A stretch of DNA of 64,000 nt from an uncultured archaeon (GTDB lineage: Archaea > Thermoproteota > Nitrososphaeria_A > Caldarchaeales > Wolframiiraptoraceae). Within the stretch, counting starts at the first letter, position 1. The number at the start of each line of letters is the position of its first letter. The notes beneath the pieces were generated by a model. That model did not search any database. It was not told the DNA's origin and was given only the letters and a program-made list of their open reading frames with translations. Position numbers and translations under genes: made by a program. Below, in pieces: positions 56,210 to 64,000 of the stretch. The stretch spans positions 26,874 to 90,873 of the forward strand of contig CALKCF010000002.1 in the NCBI GenBank assembly GCA_938083505.1. The letters run 5' to 3'.

Positions 56210-57043
56210 TTGGTACGCAAAAGTCAACATAAGCAGACCACTTTTGAGATAATAAGCGTCGGAAATGAGTTGCTAATAGGCAAGGTTGTCAACACGAACG
56301 CTAGTTGGTTGGCTAAAAGGATTACAGAGATCGGCGGATTTGTTAGGAGGATTACGGACGTCAGGGATGATCTGTCTGAGATTTCTTCGGCTGTGAAGGA
56401 GGCACTAAAGAGGGGTACGAAATGGATAATAACGAGCGGTGGCCTCGGGCCAACCTTTGACGATATGACGCTAAGCGGTGTTGCTAAGGCTGTAAAGAGG
56501 CCGTTAAAGCTAAACAAGCGAGCCTATCAGATGATATTTGAGAAGTACAAGGAGATGTTCGAGCGCGGCATCCTCAAGAGCTTAGACATAACACCAGAGC
56601 GAAGGAAGATGGCCGAGCTCCCTACAGGCGCCATTCCGTTACAGAATCGGGTGGGTACAGCACCGGGTGTGCTTATAAAATTCGGCCGTCAAAGGATAGC
56701 TTGCTTACCTGGTGTTCCGGCAGAGTTAATAGACATTTTTGAAAACGAGTTGCTGCCGATAATTCAAAAATCGATAAAACGCACATACATGGTTGAGAGG
56801 GTGTTAATCGTAAAGGACGTTATAGAGTCTGCGTTAGCGCCAGTGATAAAGGAAGTGATGTCGAGGCATCCTACAATATACATAAAATCGCATCCAAAAG
56901 GTAGAGAGTCTGGCGCATCCATAATAGAGTTGCATCTGACAACAACCACTTCATCACCTGAGAAGATTGAGAAAGAGATGGAACAGGCCGTGCAGGAGCT
57001 AAGGGAAAAAGTAGCAGCATTGGGTGGAATGGCAGAGCAATGA
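56210..57043 (+). CDS. CinA-like / MoCF-biosynthesis (molybdopterin-binding) domain protein
   Basis: FEIISVGNELLIGKVVNTNASWLAKRI...ITSGGLGPTFDDMT. TTG start. Confidence 0.75.
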   Translation: MVRKSQHKQTTFEIISVGNELLIGKVVNTNASWLAKRITEIGGFVRRITDVRDDLSEISSAVKEALKRGTKWIITSGGLGPTFDDMTLSGVAKAVKRPLKLNKRAYQMIFEKYKEMFERGILKSLDITPERRKMAELPTGAIPLQNRVGTAPGVLIKFGRQRIACLPGVPAELIDIFENELLPIIQKSIKRTYMVERVLIVKDVIESALAPVIKEVMSRHPTIYIKSHPKGRESGASIIELHLTTTTSSPEKIEKEMEQAVQELREKVAALGGMAEQ

Positions 57044-58134
57044 ATCTAGATGAACCTACTATTTACGAAAAGTCTGAGGTAAGGGAGTTCTTGGTGCAAC
57101 TCAGGACAGGGCTGGATGGTTTCTTAGAATGCATGAGTTCTGCCGAACATATTTCGCTCAACTTGCACCCTAATATAAGCTCTGTGGTGTTCTTAGGGGT
57201 CGGTGGCTCAGGAATAGTTGGCGACCTTTTATCCGATATTACGGCAAAATACAGGGATTTGCCAATCATCTGCCACAAGGACTACTCCTTCCCTTCCTAT
57301 CTAACGAGGGGCACGCTGGTCGTTGCTGTCAGCTACTCGGGTAATACTGCTGAGACTCTCTCTGCGATGGTTAAGGCTTACGATGTAGGCTCGCCTATGT
57401 TTGCTATTACATCGGGCGGCTTGATGGAAAAAATTTGTAAGAAGTTAGGGATACCAATAGTCAAGATCAGAACGGGCCTGTTGCCGCGGATGGCCGTCCC
57501 TCATATGCTAGGTGCCGCAGTTTCGGTCTTAGCGAATGTCGGAATCATAAACACATCTTTCAATGAGCTTAGGAATGCCGTTGAGAGGGCGAAACGTACG
57601 CAGGAATCTGTGGAGGTTCATGTAGAAACTGAATCGAATATAGCAAAGCAGGTTGCAAACAACATATGCAACAAAACGGCGTTCATATACTCTTACGGAC
57701 CCCTCTCCTCCGTCGGTTATCGTCTAAAGTGCCAGCTAAATGAGAACGCTAAGATGCTTGCAGTGAACCAATGTTTACCTGAAATTTTACATAACGATAT
57801 AGAGGGGTGGGATCCGGCGGCAGCTAATTGCTTGGCGGCTGTCATGCTAAGGTGTAAAGATGAGCACCCAGCTATAAAAGAAGCGCTGGATAACATGGAG
57901 ACAATTCTAGGTGAACGTTTCGGTATCGCTATCTCAAAAATAGTAAGCGAAGGTGACGATGCTACCAAAATCCTCTCCACCATGGTTATATGCGATTACG
58001 TAAGCCTCTACGCAGCAATTATGAAAGGGGTAGACCCTGCGAGGGTCGATAGAATAAAGCTTATGAGGGAGGGCATTGTAAGCAACGCGAAGTTGCTCGA
58101 ACAAGTTGCGAGGAGGTTTGGAGTCGAACATTGA
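57040..58134 (+). CDS. bifunctional phosphoglucose/phosphomannose isomerase (SIS domain, archaeal PGI/PMI type)
   Basis: VFLGVGGSGIVGDLLSD and VAVSYSGNTAETL, with a C-terminal PGI/PMI-like region. Confidence 0.7.
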   Translation: MNLDEPTIYEKSEVREFLVQLRTGLDGFLECMSSAEHISLNLHPNISSVVFLGVGGSGIVGDLLSDITAKYRDLPIICHKDYSFPSYLTRGTLVVAVSYSGNTAETLSAMVKAYDVGSPMFAITSGGLMEKICKKLGIPIVKIRTGLLPRMAVPHMLGAAVSVLANVGIINTSFNELRNAVERAKRTQESVEVHVETESNIAKQVANNICNKTAFIYSYGPLSSVGYRLKCQLNENAKMLAVNQCLPEILHNDIEGWDPAAANCLAAVMLRCKDEHPAIKEALDNMETILGERFGIAISKIVSEGDDATKILSTMVICDYVSLYAAIMKGVDPARVDRIKLMREGIVSNAKLLEQVARRFGVEH

Positions 58135-58652
58135 GTATTGGGTGCATCACACTCAATAGGAGAATGCTTCTGGTCACTGTTTCTACGATATTATTGGTGA
58201 TCGTTCTTCTGTCGGGCTCTTTAGTAACTTTAAGTCAGGAGGAGAGTGAAGAAAGGATTCAACAAATTAGTGAGCTTCTTCGTGACATAAACGTTTGGAA
58301 GATATTCTTTAACAACTTCCAGATAGCTTTACTGATGCTCATTCCAGCACTCGGCATACTTGCCGGTGGGTACATCATTTACTCTACAGGGACAGTCTTC
58401 GCGGCTTACTCAGCTCAGTCAGGCATACCATCCGTGTACCTCGCCGGGCTTGCGGTATTGTCACCATACGGTATTCTAGAATTCTTGGGTTATGGGCTGG
58501 CGATGTCCGAAGGGTTGCTGATAATTTATGCAAGCTTTAAGAAGAGGCTAAGGTCTGAGGTTAAAGTGCTTCCTTTAATAATTTTGGCGATGGCTGGTTT
58601 ACTGCTTACGGCAGCAGCTTTGGAGATGCTGATGATAGAACTGTATTCTTAA
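58131..58652 (+). CDS. SpoIIM/DUF95-family membrane protein
   Basis: FFNNFQIALLMLIPALGILAGGYIIYSTG...SPYGILEFLGYGLAMSEG. Confidence 0.6.
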   Translation: MSIGCITLNRRMLLVTVSTILLVIVLLSGSLVTLSQEESEERIQQISELLRDINVWKIFFNNFQIALLMLIPALGILAGGYIIYSTGTVFAAYSAQSGIPSVYLAGLAVLSPYGILEFLGYGLAMSEGLLIIYASFKKRLRSEVKVLPLIILAMAGLLLTAAALEMLMIELYS

Positions 58653-59368
58653 AAACTCAACAAATTTTTGAATATCACTCCTAGTAGATCTCCATAAAAT
58701 ACGGAGACAACGAAACCGCCGGTTATGAAGACCAGCAACGGTATGCCGGGGGTGAGCCATGCTTTGTCGCCTTCGACCTGAGGTTCGACATCGATAAAAA
58801 TGTTGAATGAAAATCTGCGCTTACCATCCAAGACACTTTCCATTGGTATCCAGAACTTTTTAGTCTTCACATCCTTACATAACGTTCCAAGGAAGCACGC
58901 TAAAGCTTTTCTTGAAATAGGTTCATGTTCCAAACCATCAAATATTTTATCACCTTTAATCATACGTATGATGTTGTATATCGCAAAACCCATCGGTAAA
59001 GCCGCTGATATCAACAAACCGTTCATGAAAGCGAATATCGCTGTAAAAGGATGTATAGCAGCGGCTGGCCAGTATATGGGCATTATCAAAGAGATAGTGG
59101 TCAAGGCTTTTGCATCGGCTCCGCCGTAGAGCCTGGCATAGTACAGGCCGAAGAACGTAGCGGCACCTAAACCTATCGAAATTAGACCTAAAAAAGTATA
59201 GTTAGATAACCCTGCCACCGCAAAGTCATACGTTGTTATGATCGCACCAATAAAGCCAAAAACTATCCATAGTTTGTCGCTAACTTCCCTGAACCTTAAG
59301 TCGCTATAGGACGCGTAACACATCATCACCAGTATCAGAGCTATCCTGATTACCTCTAAATTTAACAT
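58649..59368 (-). CDS. A24-family archaeal prepilin/preflagellin peptidase (PibD/FlaK-like)
   Basis: YASYSDLRFREVSD (first catalytic Asp) and YGGADAKAL (GxGD-like second Asp). Polytopic. Confidence 0.75.
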   Translation of the reverse strand: MLNLEVIRIALILVMMCYASYSDLRFREVSDKLWIVFGFIGAIITTYDFAVAGLSNYTFLGLISIGLGAATFFGLYYARLYGGADAKALTTISLIMPIYWPAAAIHPFTAIFAFMNGLLISAALPMGFAIYNIIRMIKGDKIFDGLEHEPISRKALACFLGTLCKDVKTKKFWIPMESVLDGKRRFSFNIFIDVEPQVEGDKAWLTPGIPLLVFITGGFVVSVFYGDLLGVIFKNLLSF

Positions 59369-59386
59369 GATCTTAACTTTCTTTGA

Positions 59387-60637
59387 TTAAGGCCAGTTCC
59401 CTAAAGCCTTTACTGCCTCCGCAACCCTTTTTATTGCAACAGTTATTGCCGCCTGTCGTGCACTCACCTCATACTCTTTGGCAGACCTGAGGACCTCATC
59501 GAATGCTTTTATCATCTTCCTCTCCAAGTTCGCCATGACTTCTTCTACAGACCATTTAGTGCGTGTAAGGTTTTGAACCCACTCGAAGTAACTAACGGTT
59601 ACACCGCCCGCGCTGGCTAGGATGTCTGGTACAACGAGGATGCCCTTTTCGAATAAAATCCTATCCGCCTCTGGGGTTATCGGTCCATTGGCCGCTTCTA
59701 TTATTGCCGAGGCTTTGATGTTATCCGCATTCTTTGCCGTTATCACATTCTCTATGGCGGCAGGGATTAGAAAGTCGCACTCCAACTCTAGAAGTTCTTC
59801 GTTCGTTATATTCTTAGCTTTTCCGTAGTTTACAACAGAGCCTGTCATTTTTTTGTTCTCTAAAACTTTCTCGACATGTAGTTGTTCGTTAGAGTATATA
59901 CCACCTTTTGAGTCGCTTACGGCTATGATCCTACAACCCATATCTTGAAGCAACTTAGCCGACATGTATCCCACATTACCGAATCCCTGTATGACGACCT
60001 TAGCACCTTTTAACGGTTTCCCTAAATATTTACTGACCTCTCTTGTGATAATGGCCACACCCATGCCGGTAGCCTCATTCCTACCTTCACTCCCACCTAA
60101 AGCGATGGGCTTACCGGTTACAACCGCAGGTGCTAGTTCACCTTTTATCTTGCTGTAAGTGTCCATTATCCAGGCCATTATCTGGGCATCTGTGTAAATA
60201 TCAGGTGCAGGTATGTCCAAGTAGGGACCTATGATGTTCGCTATTGCCATTGTATATCTCCTGGTGAGCCTTTCGAGCTCTGCCTGGCTCATACCTTTTG
60301 GATCACACCTTATACCTCCCTTTGCTCCACCGAACGGTATGTCCACTACAGCACACTTCCAAGTCATCAGCATGGCCAATGCCGTAACTTCCTCAAGGGT
60401 TACGTCCGGATGATACCTTATGCCACCTTTATACGGCCCCCTTGCAGAATTGTGTTGAACTCTATACCCAGTGAAAACCCTGAGTTCACCGTTGTCCATT
60501 CTACAGGGCAGAGATACCGTAACGGTGCGCTCAGGCTTCCTTAGAACGTCGCACAAGTCATGGCTTAAACCTATTGCTTGCGCCGCTTCATCAAACTGCC
60601 TTATCATGTATGACAAGAAGGACATGTTTGACATCAT
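59387..60637 (-). CDS. gdhA: glutamate dehydrogenase
   Basis: 416 aa: GPYKGGIRYHP, WKCAVVDIPFGGAKGGI, QGFGNVG. Confidence 0.9.
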   Translation of the reverse strand: MMSNMSFLSYMIRQFDEAAQAIGLSHDLCDVLRKPERTVTVSLPCRMDNGELRVFTGYRVQHNSARGPYKGGIRYHPDVTLEEVTALAMLMTWKCAVVDIPFGGAKGGIRCDPKGMSQAELERLTRRYTMAIANIIGPYLDIPAPDIYTDAQIMAWIMDTYSKIKGELAPAVVTGKPIALGGSEGRNEATGMGVAIITREVSKYLGKPLKGAKVVIQGFGNVGYMSAKLLQDMGCRIIAVSDSKGGIYSNEQLHVEKVLENKKMTGSVVNYGKAKNITNEELLELECDFLIPAAIENVITAKNADNIKASAIIEAANGPITPEADRILFEKGILVVPDILASAGGVTVSYFEWVQNLTRTKWSVEEVMANLERKMIKAFDEVLRSAKEYEVSARQAAITVAIKRVAEAVKALGNWP

Positions 60638-60715
60638 GTTTAGAAAATTTTTGGTAAATTGTTGATATAAATACTTTTCGTAAATTTTCTCATCAGTAAA
60701 AGAATTCTAAAACGT

Positions 60716-61975
60716 TCATAAATCCTCGATCCTCCACATATATTCTTCGAACTCTTCACGAGCGTATGCTTCTGTAGCGACGTCTATGTTGCCCTCTCTT
60801 AACAGCATTGCTTTTTTGACCCTTCTTTTTGCTACCTTTTCAGCAACACTTCTAGGCGAACTGTTTGAGTGGGCTGACTCTATTAGAACCCTCTTTACGT
60901 TGGTAGTTATTTTATACTTGATCAACTCAAACGCTTGCACCTCAGTTCCGCCTATATACTCGACATAAGAACCGATGACTCCGCCTGCGTTAACGAGAAA
61001 GTCTGGTATTATCCATACACCTTTTTCCCGCAATATCTCTTCTGCACCTTTCGTCGTTGGTATGTTTGCTGCCTCAACAACTATCCTCACTTTAGATGAG
61101 GCAAGGATGCTTACGTTTTGCTCGTTTATCGTGTACGAAGAAGCAGCAGGTATGAATATGTCCGCTTCTTTCTCAAATATCTTATCTCTAGGCTCTTTTA
61201 TTCCAATCTTTAAATCGCTAAGCATGGGGGCTTTCGTTTTTGTTCTTAAGAACTTCAGCTCCTCCATTATTTCTGGTATGTCCAAACCATTTGGGTCACA
61301 TATGCAAGCTGAGGCATCATTTATAGCGATAACTTTGTACCCCATCTCGTCAAGGAACTTTGCTGTGAACGAGCCCACGTTGCCGAAACCTTGTATTGCG
61401 ACCCTGGCCTCCTTTGGTTCTATGTTCAATATGTTTAACTTGTTCAGAATCTTGACCGACAGGTCTGTTGCAATTGCCACACCGTAGCCTGTGGTACCGA
61501 GCTCATGCGGTATGCCTCCCAACTCTGTAGGCTTGCCAGTGCACGCCCTCATGTCACCTATCTCATGCGCGAATACGGCCATATCCATCTCCGTCGTTCC
61601 CATATCTGTAGCCGCTATGTATTGCAACGGCACGTATGGTTTAATGGCCTTTGCAAATGCCCTAACCCATGCTACCCTATCAACTTCTAAAGGGTTGCCC
61701 CTGATGCCTCCCTTTGCTCCGCCGAATGGCAGCCCGGCCATGGCACACTTCCAGGTCATGACCCTTGCAAGTAAGAAAATCTCCTTAGGCGTTACCGTTG
61801 GTTGGAACCTTATCCCACCTTTTCCTGGACCCATGGCCGTGTTATCTATTACCAAGACACCTTGCATCTTTGTATGGGGGTCGTAAACTTGTATGACCTT
61901 TTCTGGCCCCCATTCGTCAGCTAAGTCCCAAGCATCAAAATCCTTTCTAAAAGACTGAGCTGACATTATTCTCAC
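60716..61975 (-). CDS. divergent Glu/Leu/Phe/Val dehydrogenase-family paralog
   Basis: 419 aa: GPGKGGIRFQP, WKCAMAGLPFGGAKGGIRGNP, QGFGNVG. It differs from the adjacent gdhA throughout the substrate-pocket regions. Confidence 0.75.
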   Translation of the reverse strand: MRIMSAQSFRKDFDAWDLADEWGPEKVIQVYDPHTKMQGVLVIDNTAMGPGKGGIRFQPTVTPKEIFLLARVMTWKCAMAGLPFGGAKGGIRGNPLEVDRVAWVRAFAKAIKPYVPLQYIAATDMGTTEMDMAVFAHEIGDMRACTGKPTELGGIPHELGTTGYGVAIATDLSVKILNKLNILNIEPKEARVAIQGFGNVGSFTAKFLDEMGYKVIAINDASACICDPNGLDIPEIMEELKFLRTKTKAPMLSDLKIGIKEPRDKIFEKEADIFIPAASSYTINEQNVSILASSKVRIVVEAANIPTTKGAEEILREKGVWIIPDFLVNAGGVIGSYVEYIGGTEVQAFELIKYKITTNVKRVLIESAHSNSSPRSVAEKVAKRRVKKAMLLREGNIDVATEAYAREEFEEYMWRIEDL

Positions 61976-62322
61976 CTCCTCACAATCTCAGAAGGTTTTC
62001 TCAGAAATTTTCATATTCTGTATTCCCCTCTTCTTGTTAAGAGAGGATCTTAAAATTTTCAATGGAGTGTACAAATTGCTAATCCCATCTATTATTTTCT
62101 TCAGCATAAACTTATTAATATTTTCTGTACAACCCTACTGCTGCACGTATAATATTGGAGCAAATCTCTTCGTCACTCCTTTAACGTTATGCTACATAAT
62201 ACGCTATATAAATAACATAATTCTTCTCCATGTTATGTTAGCGTGAACGTTTCACGAACATCTTGCGGGTTTTTAATACTATAGCGAAATTTTATATAGG
62301 GATGCCTGAGTTTGGTTAAAGG

Positions 62323-64000
62323 ATGTCTACATTTGCTCATAGATTCAGGGGCAGGGATTTTGTACCAACAATCTCCCAAAGATCGCTCTTAGAAAAGCTC
62401 GATAAGGGTTACGCCAAATTGGCTAGGCTCGATCAGAGACTGCTACCTTTATCACATGAATCCGTGCCAGAGCCCACAATATACGTTAACGGTAAACCAG
62501 CGTCCGTGCTCAGTATAAGTTCCGAGCTGAAGCTTGGAGAGGATGCTCAATCTGAGAAATTTTCTGTCATCCGATGGATGACAGAGTTCGTCTCAGGACT
62601 TTATGGACCGTTCAGGATGAGCAAGCTAATAACAGATAAAGATGGTTTAAAGTATTTGGCAAGCGATGTCAGGACGATTCTAAAGAAAGTAGGATTAGCG
62701 CATCCAATAGCCCAGCTCATGGCTGGTGCTGGTTTAACCATGTCGAAGACTGTGGGTGATGGAGCCGTGTATACTATAATCCTAGGTGGCAAGATTTTAG
62801 AAAGATGTCTAGAGCTCATGCTGAAAGGTCTTAACGTATCGACAATACTCGACGGGCTTTTGGATGTGCTTAACCAAAGCCTACGTATAGTGGAGCACCT
62901 TTCAATTGATATTTCATCTCAACGCGAAAGGATGCTAACTCTAGTTATGAAGACTAGTGTGATGAACAGATTGCCTGAACATGTTCAGCACAAATTTGTA
63001 AACATCCTACAAAAAGTGATGGAAATTGTAGGGATGGAGGAATTAACGTCTGTTGATGTAAATAAGGTACTCGACGTTAAAGCCATTGAGAGCGGAACGT
63101 TAGAGGATTCATTCGTCTTGGACGGTGTTGCCGTTTTCAAAGAAATGGCTCATCCAGATATGCCGAAAAGGATAGAGAACACAAAAGTCGCTGTGCTTAA
63201 AGATGAACTGAGAGTGCATGAAAGGATTGGACGTCACCTAAACTATTCATTAGAACTCGGTGATGTGGGCTTAAAGGATTTGCTAGAAGATAAAAATGCA
63301 TATATCTCTGATCTGGTTAAAAAAATCACGGACCTGAATGTTGGCTTCCTCGTCGTCGAAAAAGGGGCGGACCCAATTGCCATTGAAAAGCTCGCAAATG
63401 CAGGAATAGCCACCATATATGGGCTCCCGCACCCGGAAGTGGAGTTGATAGCCAGGGCAGTTAACGCAATACCAACAAAAATGACGCTGCTGGAAGCATC
63501 AGACCTTGGGTGGGCAGGAATCGTAGAGCAGGTTGAATTTGACGAGAAAAAGGTAATACTTATCCATAAATGCAAAAGACCCAGAAGCGTTACCGTCCTG
63601 CTTAGAGGTGTAACAAATATGCTACAAAGTGATGTGGAGAGGTGCATCAAGCATTCTCTTCCAGTTTTCTCCATCATTAAAGAATGTTGTAAGGTTGTCT
63701 ATGGCGGCGGTGCCTCTGATTTAGAGTTATCATTGCGCCTTAAGGAATATGCCGAGAGCATTTCAGATAAGAGGCAGCTGGTCGTTAAAGCTGTAGCGGA
63801 TGCATTTGAGGATGTAGTATCGGTCTTGTCCAGGAACTTAGGTCAAGATTCTGTAGAGGTATTAAGCAAGCTGAAGTCAGAACATGTGTCTGGAAAAGTT
63901 GATGCATGTGTTAACTTTGAAGGTAGTATTGGAAACGCTAAAGAGTTAGGCTTATACGAGTTATCTGCTGTTAAGCAGCAGGCTATTAAGACTGCCTTCG
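62323..64000 (+). CDS. group II chaperonin (thermosome)-like protein with eroded nucleotide-binding motifs, 3' end beyond window
   Basis: Hand translation from ATG 62323; TTTTATATA lies about 30 nt upstream. It is collinear with the recalled thermosome (HPDMPKRIENTKVAVL, VTVLLRGV, VYGGGASDLELS, KRQLVVKAVADAFE). GP-K/R-GMDKM reads GPFRMSKLI, TNDGATIL reads ASDVRTIL and GDGTT reads GDGAV. It is not in the ORF track because there is no stop within the window. Confidence 0.75.
   Translation, partial: MSTFAHRFRGRDFVPTISQRSLLEKLDKGYAKLARLDQRLLPLSHESVPEPTIYVNGKPASVLSISSELKLGEDAQSEKFSVIRWMTEFVSGLYGPFRMSKLITDKDGLKYLASDVRTILKKVGLAHPIAQLMAGAGLTMSKTVGDGAVYTIILGGKILERCLELMLKGLNVSTILDGLLDVLNQSLRIVEHLSIDISSQRERMLTLVMKTSVMNRLPEHVQHKFVNILQKVMEIVGMEELTSVDVNKVLDVKAIESGTLEDSFVLDGVAVFKEMAHPDMPKRIENTKVAVLKDELRVHERIGRHLNYSLELGDVGLKDLLEDKNAYISDLVKKITDLNVGFLVVEKGADPIAIEKLANAGIATIYGLPHPEVELIARAVNAIPTKMTLLEASDLGWAGIVEQVEFDEKKVILIHKCKRPRSVTVLLRGVTNMLQSDVERCIKHSLPVFSIIKECCKVVYGGGASDLELSLRLKEYAESISDKRQLVVKAVADAFEDVVSVLSRNLGQDSVEVLSKLKSEHVSGKVDACVNFEGSIGNAKELGLYELSAVKQQAIKTAF

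Overview
The window is an archaeal chromosomal segment. Gene content points to a TACK/Thermoproteota-type archaeon: Alba, an L44e-S27e-aIF2alpha-Nop10 operon, Sec61beta, ABCE1, a group II chaperonin-like gene, a DGGGP-synthase-type UbiA enzyme, an A24 prepilin peptidase, a non-catalytic tRNA splicing endonuclease subunit and a two-intron tRNA. There are no rRNA genes and no CRISPR array.

The window has three zones:
1. 0-19.5 kb and 40-64 kb are dense housekeeping. They hold ribosomal proteins, tyrS, pheS, pheT, asnS, speE and speH, aroC, pgk-gap, PGI/PMI, two glutamate-dehydrogenase-family genes, pepA and a LutC/LutB-A module.
2. 19.5-30.9 kb starts right after tRNA-Leu(TAG) and is a compositionally mosaic cell-surface glycosylation island. 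It contains an AAA+ ATPase pseudogene, a G+C-rich flippase gene and two A+T-rich paralogous giant membrane or surface proteins. Between the paralogs is a decay zone: an FkbM methyltransferase pseudogene, an IS transposase remnant, a GT2 pseudogene and a frameshifted CgeB-like gene.
3. 30.9-40.1 kb is an unusual sulfur-trafficking neighbourhood. It holds an intact-frame but active-site-eroded NifS-like/IscU-like pair, a canonical SufS and a coupled 92-aa orphan. It also holds a five-gene operon (hemerythrin-like, DsrE-like, SCP2, OPSS/CysK-like PLP enzyme, TusA) and a TauE sulfite exporter.

Other highlights:
- A 320-aa LAGLIDADG-type intein sits inside the CxxCxxCxxxCP ferredoxin motif of ABCE1.
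- tRNA-Trp carries one canonical intron and one D-loop intron.
- A 46-aa hyper-acidic (EEEF)n micro-ORF lies at 40359-40499.
- A perfect 15-bp palindrome with a TATA-like box on each arm lies at 42859-42893.
- A chaperonin paralog has eroded nucleotide-binding motifs.
- Several small genes are missed by the 60-aa ORF track (Nop10, Sec61beta, a split zinc ribbon).

All functional calls come from hand reading of motifs against remembered family signatures. No database search was run.
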